A DNA stretch of 63,378 bases, counting the filler, from Hausera hauseri (Eukaryota): NCBI GenBank assembly GCA_046269625.1. It is 12 parts of 12 records of this genome, joined end to end, with 100 filler letters (N's around TTAATTAATTAA, not from the genome) between each part and the next. Parts side by side here need not be neighbours in the genome. Positions count along the whole stretch, not along the records: positions 47,704 to 52,792 come from JBJURY010339713.1; positions 52,893 to 57,563 come from JBJURY010481465.1; positions 57,664 to 63,378 come from JBJURY010200193.1; 9 more parts are not named here. One strand, 5' to 3'. Positions 51,501-63,378 of the stretch are shown piece by piece (position 1 is the first letter of the stretch; each line of letters starts with the position of its first letter). Position numbers and translations under genes: made by a program. Below the pieces are notes generated by a model, which was given only the letters and a program-made list of their open reading frames with translations, ran no database searches and was not told the origin of the DNA.

Positions 51501-52345
51501 ATTAGCCAATGTCCGCCGGGCTTGAATGTGAAGAAGCTGCTTATGAGGCATGAACCCAAGCAAAATTACATAGTTTATTGGCGTCTGTTACAATTTTACA
51601 TGAAGTTAGATATACGGCTACATCGCGCAGTCCGATTTGCTCAGTCTTCCATATTCAAGGCGTACATAAATAGAAATTCGGAAAAAAGAGCTGCAGCTTG
51701 TACAAAGTTAGAAAAGGACTACTACAAGCTGAAAAACAATTCCCTGTACGGAAAATAGTAGAGAATCTGAAAAAGCGGCTCAATGTACGCCTGTATAATA
51801 GCGAAAGTGGGTTGGTTACGTACACGAGAAACATAGTTCAGGCGGTCAATGCACATTGCCGATCGATTGGTTGCCGTGCTTTTAAACAGAGAAGGAGTCG
51901 TACTGGACCGGCCAAGTTATATTGGATAAATGGTATTGGATATGAGCAAGTTGCGAATATATGAGTATCGCGATTTAGCACGTTACCGGCAAATGTTCGG
52001 TGGCGGATGCAAGATCAATATAATTGGCGGTGACATAGACAGTTTTTTTCTGCGGCTGAGAAAAGTCAATCGCAAACAGCTACTGCAGAAAATGCCGTCA
52101 GATAGATTACTGGACACACCCAACTACCCACCGGATCATTCGTTGTACAGCAGGGCTATCACCAACAAAATCGGCTGCTTTAAGGATGAAAGTGAAGGTC
52201 GGGTTTAGTATCGAGAATGGATATTCCTACGCCCAAAGTTCTACAGTCTTTTGACGGACTTTGGTCCGAAAATGCGGGCAAAAAGAGTCCAGCTGAAACA
52301 GACGGAAATCGACCATGGTGATTATCGCCGTGTCTATGAAGAAGA
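48568..52345 (+). pseudogene. Polinton pPolB copy C (decayed, 3' truncated)
   Basis: Same motif series as copy B: DHDNFTRRYLGASCNSCNL, YHNFRGYD, YIDINNLYGWALSQPL, KLKNNSLYGK, GGDIDSFF. Confidence 0.93.
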
Positions 52346-52529
52346 AGGACTATAATCAAAGGCTGCTGTGTTTTGTATAAATAATGCATATTGTTCTTTG
52401 TTTTTGCCTTTTGTTTTATTATCATTAAGTTTATCTATTTAACTTAATGTGAAGAGAAATAATATGAGAAACAAACAAAATCAGCAAAATTTATTAATCT
52501 TCCTAAGCTAAAATCAAAAACAAAGTCAA

Positions 52530-52790
52530 ATCAGCGTAAATTTTTCAAGCTTTCATATTGGTGATTTAACTCCGTGCAGATCCTTTCAACTTCAATGTTA
52601 TATAACCTATAGCTCCTTCCGGTGGAAAAACTGCTTTTACTGCTGCTGCTGCTGTTTCTCCGCCATGTGACCCGACAATTTTTGCCACATTTACTTTGAG
52701 AAAAATCGATGATGTTTCTCGGATATCGTTACTCAACGCCAAATCACTGTCAACTTTTCTAATTGTGTCTTCCGTCTTATCCAATTCATT
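52530..52790 (-). pseudogene. Conserved Polinton ORF convergent with PolB (copy C)
   Basis: DSDLALSNDIRETSSIFLKVNVAKIV...GYITLKLKG. Confidence 0.6.
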
Positions 52791-53399
52791 GTNNNNNNNN
52801 NNNNNNNNNNNNNNNNNNNNNNNNNNNNNNNNNNNNTTAATTAATTAANNNNNNNNNNNNNNNNNNNNNNNNNNNNNNNNNNNNNNNNNNNNAAAATTCT
52901 AAAATCATTTATTTAAACAAACAACCCCTCAAAACTTTTTCATTCACATAAATACGAAACAAAGAAATCTATTTATAAAACTGATCAAAATTAGCCAGTC
53001 TAATCAGCAATATCTATGCATCTCAAATTTAACTGGATTTTTTGTTGTTGCAAGCATGTCGGAATAATTTACTAGATTCTAATTAACAATGTGCCGCAGA
53101 CGATAATCGTATCAATTTCAATTAGTTTGATCGATTCTGAATAGACAGTCTTGATTGTTTGTGTCTGATGATGAATCATTGGGAGAAACAAACGTTGATA
53201 GAAGCAAATTGCAAACGAACTAATACTTCTGAGATAAGAGTAAACTCTACGTCGATATTTTGTTGGTTGAGAAGGAAAATATCCCCAGAAAATAGTTAAT
53301 GACAACAAAACCGCATTTTGAACAGCTAAGTCAGAAATTATTCTCCAATAATTTTGAATCCGGGTGATACTTACATTTGGGGTGTAAGAAAATTAAAAT

Positions 53400-54205
53400 C
53401 CAGACCAATTCATGAGGTTGTCTGACATTCATTGGAATGGGAATGGCACTCGATTTCTTAGGACTCTAAAATTGTTTAGACTGACGGAATTCATTATTTG
53501 AGTACACCGGTGGAGGTGGAGGGGTTTCTGATTTTCGTGGAGCAAAGTAGTCCGCCAATGTCTTGCTTTTTGACCGACTGATTTGGCCATTGTTGTCACT
53601 AATAAGTGATGATTGTCTTCTTTGTGGATCGACAGAAACGTTTCCTCTGATAAATGGATGTCGCATTATATCCTTGAAACTGATTCGGCAAGACGAATTT
53701 TTAATTAACATTTTTTTATTACATTACGTAAATATGTTGATGCATGGGCTGGAAATGTTATTTGATCCAATGGTTTTTGGTAAATTGCTTTAAGAGCTTC
53801 CGGATTATTAGCTTGGAACGGAGCGACCCCGGTTAGGCACTGATAAATTATGACACCCATACTCCAAATATCAACAGTTATTATATAGTTTTTACACAGT
53901 AAAACTTTAGACGCCATATACATTGGAGATCCGCACATTGTCGCAGCCATAATACCTTCCTGAAGAAATCTGTCAAAACCAAGATCAGTGAGTTTATGAC
54001 GAATTTTCGATTCGATGGCATCGAAATTCGGTTATCAGAATTTCGCTTCTATGGGAAAACATAAAAGAATGTTACCTGGTTTTAGATCCCTGCGCGTTAT
54101 TCCTTGAACGTTTATAACGTCAAGTGCTGACACTAATTGAGTTAAGAGATTGCATATTACGTCTTCTGGAAGAATTCGTTTTCCTGATAAAACTTTTAAA
54201 TGGAG
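53400..54205 (-). pseudogene. ULK: ULK/Atg1 (unc-51-like) Ser/Thr kinase pseudogene fragment
   Basis: RRDLKPGNILL (HRD lost), DLGFDRFLQEGIMAATMCGSPMYMA, DIWSMGVIIYQCLTGVAPFQANNP; stops and frameshifts. Confidence 0.85.
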
Positions 54206-54329
54206 AAATTTTCGAGGCGGAAGATCGGGCCCGACTATGGGCCTGATGCGGCGGCAACGGACGCTTGGCCGTGCCCGACCAAATAAGCCAAAATGCACCG
54301 GCCTCTGTGGGCACCATAAGGTTCACTAC

Positions 54330-54900
54330 CGAGTATTCGTACCAATTATGAACGTGTTATCCAACATGACGATGATATTGTTATTAATGCTGTTTGTCGT
54401 AGTCCAGGCGTAAGTACAAGACGTCTTTCTAGAGGGATAGGAGTTTCGCAGTTGACAATGTGGAGGTCACTGAAATGAAATAAATTTTAGCCATTTCATA
54501 AACGAAAGATTCAACATTTACAACCAGGGGACGGTCCGTTTGGATTGGAATCTTGCAAATTTTTGAATATTAATCAAAAAATCTATAGTCCTCTTTTTAC
54601 GGATGAGGCATAATTCACTCGGTTTAGCGTCAACAACTTTCACAATGAACACTCATGGACAGAAGAGAATCCTCATGAGGTGGTGGAACAGAACTCGCAA
54701 CACCGATTTATCGTCAATGTCTGGTGTGGCCTTTTACACAATCGGCTGATTAGACGGTTCATATTATTTGGACGCCTAAATGCTGAGTTCTATTTTCACT
54801 TCCTTCAGGAAGAGTTGCAGCAGCTTCTTGAGGATGTTCCTTTGTATCTCAAACGAGATTTGTACTTCCGACATCATGGAGTGTTGTTTCAATGTTAAGT
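54330..54900 (+). mobile_element. Tc1/mariner (Tc3-like) transposase remnant
   Basis: SPGVSTRRLS, FTDEA.F, NFHNEHSWTEENPH, QHRFIVNVWCGL, LNAEFYFHFLQEEL..LLEDVPL. Confidence 0.85.
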
Positions 54901-55300
54901 CACGAGTTTTAGATGATTCCACCATTATAAATCATGAAAGGCAAATGCGTCATTAATAGCGTATTTATATTTTAAAAAATTCAATTCCATAACAAAATCA
55001 CTATCTATATTTAATAACAACTTTAGTAGTCTTACGCTTCCTGCAGGCCTCACAGATAAACCACCGCGTAAAAACGATAAAATAAAAAAATGGGAGAAGA
55101 CAACGAGAAAACGCATGGTACAGTTTAAAACGTTTATTTCTACCAAAGTTATCATTCGACGAATTAATTAAGGTGTAGGATTCGTCCGAGTCGGTCAGTG
55201 ACATCCCCGACCGGAGGAGTCGCCGACGGGGAATAGGATTATTATTCGAATCGGACCCTGTCGACGTGGCATGCAATATGACCGGTTGTGGCCGGCGTCG

Positions 55301-56053
55301 TCAGCGTGGTACGGTAATTACCCATAGGTGAGGGCTCGTTGTCCTAGCCTGCTGCTTGTCGACAGCTCGATGGGCGGGAATCAGTTGACTCTCCGAGGGC
55401 ACCAGCGACTCATAACGTTGGTCAGCAGCTGCGATCAGTCGCAGGAATACCGGAAGGAACACCGCTGAATCAAAAAGACGGCAGTTATTCCCCTCCTGGT
55501 AGAACCGATGGAGCGAGCTCGCTGGGAGGGAGTATGGGTCGTCTCTCTCCAGCCCGACCAAATGTCTGACGAAGCGACTTCTTTGCAGGAGTTCCCGTAC
55601 CGTCAGGAAGTTTGCATAGGACCGGTACGGGGCTCGTCGATGTGTATCGCGGCGCTTACTGCATGAAGCAGATTCTCGCTGGATTGCGCGTAGTCGGTCT
55701 AAAGATCGGTTTTGTTCCCGATGGCAGACACCTCGATTGGCGGTGTTGTCAGGTCCGTCGCATGCCGGTTGAGGTACCTCGGCGACCTTGTGGGTGGTTA
55801 ACTCGACGGGCGGGTCAGTTTCCGGGTCTCGTGTTCTCTTGGGAATCCGGAAGTTTGGCTCGATCTGCTTTTTTTGGGCAACAACGATATCAACAGCCCT
55901 GGTTTCAGCGTCATTTCTGGCCAGGGGTTCCCCGGGTTTCGTAGTCTTGGTGGGGCATAATTGTTTCTTCTTGTAGCTGCTGGTGGAATTATTCGTTATG
56001 GTTCCGTCACCGTTGGTCCTTCTCTGTCTCACGATTTTCGTAACTTCCGACAT
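55301..56053 (-). CDS. Uninterrupted 250-aa ORF of unknown function in a GC-richer island
   Basis: ATG start and no disruptions; GC visibly higher than the flanks; no family recognised. Confidence 0.4.
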   Translation of the reverse strand: MSEVTKIVRQRRTNGDGTITNNSTSSYKKKQLCPTKTTKPGEPLARNDAETRAVDIVVAQKKQIEPNFRIPKRTRDPETDPPVELTTHKVAEVPQPACDGPDNTANRGVCHREQNRSLDRLRAIQRESASCSKRRDTHRRAPYRSYANFLTVRELLQRSRFVRHLVGLERDDPYSLPASSLHRFYQEGNNCRLFDSAVFLPVFLRLIAAADQRYESLVPSESQLIPAHRAVDKQQARTTSPHLWVITVPR

Positions 56054-56414
56054 CTTGTTTCTTGTTTCTCTTTTCTTTTTTGAATAAAACTGTCCAATCT
56101 CTGAACTGTGGATTTAAACAAAAGATTAAATCCACAGATCTTGATTGTTAATTAATTTTTTAGGTTGTTACAAGTGCTGGTCACTTCAGCACTTATAATG
56201 CCGATTTTTAATTTTAATTTGTATGCTTTATATTGTGATGTTTTGTTAGTTTGGTGAATCCGTGATTTTATACTGTGATTTTAGATTTTTTATTCAATGA
56301 TAAAACTGCTGTTGCTCAGTTTCAGAATTACAATCAGATTGTTCGACAGCCAAAGTTATCAAACAAATTTGATTATCGTTAACTTGCCCCTCCGTTAGAC
56401 AATCATCCAAGCAG

Positions 56415-56901
56415 ATGGTTTTGGATTGTTTCTCTTCATCTGAAAGAGACTCACTATTTTTTGAGAAGGGACAAAATATCAACAGTGAAGTTTACAAGAC
56501 TGTATTGGAGAAGAAGCTATTAAGAAAAATGGTAATACATGACTGTTCCATCCGTCATGCTTCATTGGCAACACGACCATGACTGCAGGAGCATGGGGTT
56601 GAGGTGCTGGAGTGGCCTGGGAACTCTCCAGATCTCAACCCAATTGAGAATGCGGCTTATTCTTAAAAAGAAATTTAGCCTTTTAAAACCCTTCAACAAT
56701 CATGATCTCATTGAAGCTATAAAGGAAGTCTGAGTGAAGAAAATTCCAAAGGAGTATTGTTTGAAGCTAGTACATTCTATGTCCAAGCGTCTTCAGTGGG
56801 TAATTCAAAACTGGTTTGTCTTCAATTATTCCATAAATCGCAAGAAAACATAAGTTTTCACTACTTTCAACTTTTCTCCCAATACTTTTAGCAGCACTGT
56901 A
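56415..56901 (+). mobile_element. Tc1-family transposon 3' part with TIR
   Basis: VLEWPGNSPDLNPIEN, LVHSMSKRL; right end ccaatacttttagcagcactgTA. Confidence 0.85.
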
Positions 56902-56934
56902 CATTACTGCTCAAACTAAATATCTTTTGAATGG

Positions 56935-57240
56935 AAAGATCACTGAACTGAAAATTGGACAGGTTTACCCCAATGTTTTGACGGATATGGATGTGGATTT
57001 CTTGATGAAACCTGGGCCAATGAATTTGATTCAGGAAGCAAATTAATTCTTACGCACTGGCAACATTTGTCATAGCCTCAGTTCCAAAAATTCAATGCCT
57101 ACGCATCGCTGAAAAGATTCTTGAGGCGATATTCTAGGAAGCAAAGCAAAAGAAGAATTCTTTGATTCTCAGTGTCTGTTTGCTCTGTGATAATGTTCAT
57201 CTCACATGGTGACAAAAGCAACCTAAACTTTACTAAAATG
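56935..57240 (+). pseudogene. Possible caspase large-subunit remnant
   Basis: TDMDVDFLMK and VIMFISHGD resemble caspase GTDVD and LSHG motifs; heavily frameshifted; QACRG not seen. Confidence 0.3.
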
Positions 57241-57663
57241 TTTACTGAAAAATTTTATGGATACGACCCACATTTTCATAAATTCTAAAGGAGATGGGTG
57301 GAGGTTTTTTAAACTGACTGTGAAATTTTGATGTATTCAAAACATTGTCTTTTCTCTCAGACATAAATTTTATAAATCCATTATGAAATAAAAATGCAGC
57401 ATTATTTTTCCAACTACTTACAAATCGTTCATAAATTAAAATTTCATTAATACTGATTATTACATTACTTAAATCTTATTACATATTTATTTTTGTAAAC
57501 ATTCGACTAACGCATACATTGCCACAACTCTCATCGCTGACCAAAATAAGATGAACAAGATAANNNNNNNNNNNNNNNNNNNNNNNNNNNNNNNNNNNNN
57601 NNNNNNNTTAATTAATTAANNNNNNNNNNNNNNNNNNNNNNNNNNNNNNNNNNNNNNNNNNNN

Positions 57664-58641
57664 GCAAAGACTGTCAAACAGACTCGGCAACAGACCCAAC
57701 GTTGGCTCGGGAAACAGTTAGCATACAGCCTCAACAAACCAATAAGAAGGCGGTTTCCAACTCGTGCATACCGTGCTGCCAGTGTAAATAATGTATGGCA
57801 AATGGATCTGATGGAAATGATTCCGTACGCCAGTATCAACGATGGATATCGGTATGTGCTGACATGTATTTATGTGTTTAGTCGTTATGCACGTGTAATT
57901 GCTGTGAAATCTAAATTCGGTAAAGTGATTGTCGACGCTGTTCAGACACTGGTACAACAATAACAACAACGACAGCCTAAGCATTTACAAACGGATTTGG
58001 GTAAGGAATTTTACAACGCCGACGTTGCAGCGGTCTTGAAACGGTTCGGCGTAAACCAATACTCCATGTTTTCGCAATACAAGGCTGCACTCGTTGAACG
58101 ATTTAATCGAACATTGCGCGGTCGCCTAAACAAATTGTTTACGAAGCAAGGCAACAAACGCTCGGTAGATGTACTGCCGGATATTATTCGTGCATACAAT
58201 CATTCAACACACCATTGCATCAACGGAATGCACCCGGTTGACGTAACCGATGATTTGGACATGTGACTTTATCAAAACTGAACAAAACGACAGGCAATTA
58301 AATGCCCAAAATATAAAATCTGTTCTTACATACGTATTTCGATAATAAGTACGACGACATTCATTAAGAATTTCAATCAGAACTGGAGCGACAAGTTTTT
58401 CCGCATTTCAGCAATCACCACAAAATAAACACTTGTAATGTACGTTTTATAGGATGAAAACGGTGAAGAAATACGAGGTTAATTCTACGAACAGGAACTG
58501 CAGGTACTGCCCGAGAAACCCGATGTGTATCGTATTCAGGAAATTCCACGTTTTAGTGGTAAAGGTTAGAATAAACAACATCTCGTCAAGTGGTACGGAT
58601 ACACTGCACCGAGTTGGATTTGTGTATCACAGATTCAATGA
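57664..58641 (+). pseudogene. Polinton retroviral-like integrase with C-terminal chromodomain
   Basis: AYSLNKPIRRRFP, VWQMDLMEM, YRYVLTCIYVFSRYA, LQTDLGKEFYN, KAALVERFNRTL, YNHSTH, NWSD..F.I, FYEQELQ, LVKWYGY..PSWI. Confidence 0.92.
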
Positions 58642-59663
58642 GCAGCAGCAGCAGCAGCAGCATTTACTTGGTACTTGATAATAACAGATCATTATCACAA
58701 CATGACGACAATGACAATACCGCTAAACAGTTTACCATGCACTTGGACCAACCGGTCGATTTACGGAAGGGAGCCTGGGAAGTGGCTTTGACGGAATTCA
58801 CATTTACATTTTCCCTATAGACAATACGTCAGAACAGTGGTGTTTACTTTACCCGACAAGAAACGTACTCTATTTCAAATCGTTTGCCGACAATCCGACA
58901 CAATAACCGACATACTCTTTGCAATTATTCGCGACAAAATTTCTCGGTTTATGCTTATTTTTCAAACTACCATATGAAACTAATGCATCGAAATCCCATT
59001 GAAATGCGGTTTAATTCTATAGATGATGCTCAGGCATGCGATTTTCAATCAGTCAATGTACACTCAAAACATCTACGACTAGGTGGCCATGTTTTAATTG
59101 GTGAAAATTGGACCTTTTTTCCAATGCAGAATCCAATATTATATTACACCACACGATTTCTTAATGGAAACGGAACTGGAATTGTGTGAGTACGTCAAGA
59201 AAACGGCTACATTAGCTGTAAAGACGTGTGCAATAAACGCAGATGGTCATATTTCGCTTACACTAAATGACAACATAACATATTTTGCCTTTGATGAATT
59301 ATTAGCTCAGAATCTGGGTTTTTCAAAACGCGAATTCTATCAAACCATTGTTGGACAATCTAGTGTTGCCAAATACAAACCGCAACTCTATGGAGCATTT
59401 CATAGAATTAACATTTTAACGGACTTAACCGAATCCGTACTCGTTGGTGGAGAACGTAAACAACTACTGGCTTCTATTGAACTGGATTCTGACACCTACA
59501 AAACATCGGATAAAACTGTTTGCGTTAATATGCCCAGACCCATGTACTTATTATTGTGCACAGTATTTCCGTGTATATGCTTGATGAATTTTGGGAACCC
59601 ATTAAATTTCTGTTTGGCTCAACGACACATTTGACGTTAGATTTTCCATGTCGTCGTCGATAA
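58638..59663 (+). pseudogene. Polinton minor capsid (penton, PX-like) protein, copy 1
   Basis: IYLVLDNNRS...NTAKQFTMHLDQPVDL.KGAWEVALTEF ... INILTDLTESVLVGG...LLASI...PMYL. ATG overlaps the integrase stop (ATGA). Confidence 0.8.
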
Positions 59664-59708
59664 TAAACAAACTGCGTCATCATTATCATTATCATCATCA
59701 TCGAGATT

Positions 59709-60791
59709 ATGAGTATTTACATGGTGTTTCCTTGCAACAGTTGTCTGACGACCCGTCCGAAACACTCAGCCAATGAATACGTTGTAGATTGGAACAATCC
59801 TTTGGATTTATTTGGAAAATGGGAGGTTTCACTGACGGAACTTAACTTTCCCTACACACAGGTGACATTGAAAGGTAGGATGAAAATAACGTACAACAAG
59901 ACGGTTACTGAAACCAAAACACATTCTTGTGCTCTGACACTTACTAACAATAAAATAACAGTTGGATAATCGGTCATTTGCACGACCAATACAAATTACG
60001 GTTTATACGGCAAGATTGGTGGTTTCATTTTAGAGCAAAATTTACATTTTATGTCAGATTTTGAATTTATTGTCATATTTGAGTCCTCTGAGATGGCGCA
60101 GAAATTTGGATTCAAAAATACAGAGTACAAAGGTAATCATACTAAATGTGAATATATAGTTGCTCAAATATTAAGTCCCGTATATTACCACACAACGGTA
60201 AAATTTACCTATACAACAGAAACGGTATCAACGTCATACGTATCGATTGGAGACAACGTCTATTGTGAATCTGTAGCACATCTCTGTCAACACTTTTCTT
60301 CTTCTTGAAATCAAAAGTACAAGGCTGTATTTAAAATTTCCGAGTCAGATGCAAATGGGTGCATTACATTTGGACTGGCTAAAGGTATTGTCGACATTTC
60401 ATGGGACAAAGCTTTAGCCATGGTATTGGGTTTTGAAAAACATCTGTTTGAGGCATCGAATACGAAGACGGTGGCACATATTGGAAAACTTAAACCCAAA
60501 TTGAAAACTGGACTAAGTCAAATGTACATTTACATGAACGTCACCAAACCGATTTCGGTCGGTGGAGTACTTATACTGCTACTCTGTGCAATTTATCCGG
60601 AAAGCAGCAAGTATACTGCTGGCGACAATGTCACTGTCAAGCTCGATAATCCAATGTACCTACCCGTGACATCTACATCTATAAACAATGTTGAAGTAAA
60701 TATCCGATGTGACGCGGGCTACCTTATTGAATTTCCGTACGGTAGCACAACCAGTCTAACGCTTCATTGCCGTCGAATCCAATATGATTGA
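59709..60791 (+). pseudogene. Polinton minor capsid (penton, PX-like) protein, copy 2
   Basis: IYMVFPCNS...NPLDLFGKWEVSLTELNFP ... MYIYMNVTKPISVGG..LL...NPMYLPV...VEVNIRCDAG.LIEF..G...LTLHCRR. Confidence 0.85.
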
Positions 60792-61148
60792 TTCTGAAAT
60801 CGCTTCTATTTACAGTAAAACCAAGCAGGGCGGGGAACTGCCGTATTTCGTCGGTAAACAGTACGGCTCTGGATAGTTGCGTACATTGGCACGCTTAGCA
60901 TTTCCAGTCTTGAAGCGTGTCGGTGCCGTGGCAGCAAAAACGGCACAGGACGTACTATATGAAACAAATCGATTTTACTATCACTGAAGGAACAAGCCTT
61001 GTCCGAAATAAAAAGCGCTGCACCGGGAGTTATTGATTTAGTCAAAAAACAATTCGCTGGCAGTGGCTTGATGGTGAGAAAACGCCGTAAAGCATCATCG
61101 AGTTCATCAGCTATAAACAAACGTCGTCGTTGTACGATTTTCGATTGA
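60784..61148 (+). pseudogene. Small basic Polinton core/membrane-active protein (PW/cupiennin-like)
   Basis: QAGGELPYFVGKQYGSG*LRTLARLAFPVLKRVG...AGSG...RKRRK...TIFD, in the typical position between minor and major capsid genes. Confidence 0.7.
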
Positions 61149-61171
61149 TTAATTGAAAGACATAGAGACAA

Positions 61172-62405
61172 ATGGCATCTGCAAAATCTGAATTGTGTAT
61201 ATTTGACAAAGCAGCGCCACAGATTGTTACTGACAATGCCGCATTTGAGGAAATTTACCCCGTTGATTCGGTTTCAACGGACAATAACATTGACATTCAA
61301 TTGAACATTATTGCATCGGACAATGAATATCTCTATTTGAACGATAGTCTACTCTATGCTAAAGTCATTGTTAAAAAGGACGCATCAACGGTTGTCGCTG
61401 CAACAGACACTGTCACACCGGTCAATTACTTTTTCCTCACACTGTTCCAGGAGGCTTCACTGACTCCGAACAGCGTCAAAATCGAAGGCAACACCAGTCT
61501 ATACAGTATCAAAGCACTCATTGAAACGGCTCTGAATTACAGCGCAGACAAAAAGCGACTTATTTGACGAAAACCATCGGATATGATGCCACAGCGGAAA
61601 ACCGTCAGGCATGTGTAGTAGAATCAAAAGCGCTTACAATGTATGGATCGCTGTACTTTGACTTTTTCGATCAGCCAAAATACCTAGTACCCGGTGTTAA
61701 AGCCATGATTCGGCTCAAACGCAACGACAATTTCTTTTGTTTGAAAACCACCATTGCAAATCTCAAACCCATAATTAATATTACCCAGGCATGATTATAT
61801 GTACGTCGTGTAAAGGTAAAACCATCTGTGTTTATGGGACATCAAGTGGGCTTGGAAACGCAAAATGCCTGTTATCCATTACAACGCACATAACTCGTCT
61901 TTTACACCACACCCAAAGGTTCCACTACGTTTTACATAGCGGCACTTTTTGGCGACATGCGAGTGCCGAAATTTCTGATTGTTACATTTCAAACGACTGT
62001 TCAACAAACTGGCAGTTATTCGACCGATTCGGAAACGCTTACACATACCAATGTGAATTACATCAGTTTGGGTCGGAATGCGTATTTCCTTGAGACGTAC
62101 AAGCAAGACTTTGAGTCTAATGATTATGTTTGCACATATTTGCAATTTATCGTGTGCAACATGGGTTTGCTCAACAGAAGCATCAACAATGGCATATCGA
62201 TGTATTTATTCAAGTCCACATATCCATTCTTCACTTTGTTCTGGCTCCAGGTTATGACGTTGAACAGACTCAACTACATCAGCAAGGAAACCTACGACTA
62301 AAGATTCACTTTGCTAAAGCGTTGGAGCAATCTACCGTGATGTACATTTACGGTGTATTTAATGTGGAGGTTAAAATAACGAAAAACGGAACCGTCATTG
62401 TTTAA
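61172..62405 (+). pseudogene. Polinton major capsid protein (double jelly-roll, PY/hexon-like), frameshifted
   Basis: KSELCIFD...Q.......EIYPVDSV...EYLYLNDSLLY, PVNYFFLTLF, DFFDQPKYLVPGV..IRL.RN, GNLRLKIHFAKAL....YIYGVF. Confidence 0.9.
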
Positions 62406-62442
62406 ATAAATCTGCTGTGTCTCACTTCTTCGTAGTCGTACT

Positions 62443-62855
62443 ATGAAGTAATTTATTACGACTATTACTATTATACTTAATTCACATTTAGCTCCACCGA
62501 GCTCAGTCACTACGGAAATATGCTCTTGGACGTGAAATTTCGTGGCGTATTTCCACTAAACCGTGTGCCGCGTGATTTACGTCAAACTGGCGGCGGTGGC
62601 TTTATTGTCAATACAAACACTTCTTCGTTGCCGGGCGAACATTGGATTGCCGTGTACATCCATCATGCGACCAACGTCGCCAGAGTATTCGATCCGCTCG
62701 GATTTTACTATCCGTCATCGTTAGTTTCTGAAATTAAACGGCAATCATCATCATCATACCGTGTTGAATATAATCGAGTTCATTATCAATATCTAATGAC
62801 TATACTGTGTGGATATTACTGCTTCTTGTGGCTTATATTACAATCACTTTTGTGA
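62443..62855 (+). CDS. Adenain-like (Polinton) cysteine maturation protease, probably with a 44-nt intron
   Basis: FRGVFP...FIVNTNTSSLPGEHWIAV...FDPLG...YN..HYQ.....LCGYYC (His, Asp, Gln, Cys). ATGAA|gt 62448-62491 ag|C restores MNSTELSHYG. Confidence 0.88.
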
Positions 62856-63378
62856 AATATATGTGTATTATTTTATTGCTGCTGTTTTTTTCTTTCAAAC
62901 AAATCATAAGAAACAATATGATATGTGTGACTTTTCATCATAATCATTCTGCTTGTGAGTTGTAAATACTCAATCATCAGTTCGTCGTCGTCGTCGTCTT
63001 ACACGTCTTTTTACAAAACAAAACGATATTTTGATTTTTAGCAATGTGTTTTTTTGTCGTTCGTTCGTTCGTAGCATTTTTCACCCCGATCCATTGGTCT
63101 GATCGTAAGGCGGCAATAATATGAAATGCTCAACTACTGATGGGCTACGTGCTCAACCCATTTCCACAGTTCGCAGACTTGAACAAAGGGAAATTTTTAC
63201 CGTTTGAAATTTTTCAATCAATTTTTCCCATGTTCCCATGGTTAGACCGAGTTGAAATTGCGTGCATTCGATTCCTCGACATCGGTTTAACATTTGTACT
63301 GAACACTGCGCAATTCGTAACTCGTGTCTCGTTTCTCATAAAACATTTCCTGTTTTGCTTCTTTTGCTTCTAGCGCCG

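Noticed and set aside
47704-62855. A single complete Polinton spanning PolB copy C to the capsid module
   Set aside because: Two linkers and an unrelated contig intervene; no terminal inverted repeats or ATPase seen.

Overview
This window is not one locus. It is 12 short contigs (about 4-6 kb each) from an AT-rich invertebrate animal genome, joined by 11 artificial 100-nt linkers (N44-TTAATTAATTAA-N44), so nothing can be inferred from adjacency across linkers. Host genes: a spliced hnRNP U/U-like gene with 41-43-nt introns, laminin-beta exons, and decayed fragments of UBA1, PDI, NOMO, ULK/Atg1 and possibly a caspase. Mobile DNA dominates. (i) Polinton/Maverick (adintovirus-like) remnants: four decayed protein-primed PolB copies (three from one family) and a module of integrase, two minor capsid genes, a core-like protein, major capsid protein and adenain protease. 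(ii) Several Ty3/Gypsy LTR retrotransposons. (iii) Tc1/mariner fragments. The most striking structure is at 37412-41982 (minus strand). A putative multi-kb LTR is followed by a tRNA-Met primer-binding site, a splice donor and then five tandem cassettes. Each cassette starts at a phase-1 splice acceptor and encodes a RING, zinc-ribbon, double-RING, RING or BIR protein; the four complete ones end in a stop followed by AATAAA. I infer an LTR retroelement carrying an alternatively spliced ubiquitin-ligase/anti-apoptosis array. Related signals are a RING ORF abutting a PPT and 3' LTR (contig 1) and a Gypsy integrase fused in frame to a type I membrane protein with an FN3-like motif (contig 7). All assignments come from motif recognition by eye; no searches were run.
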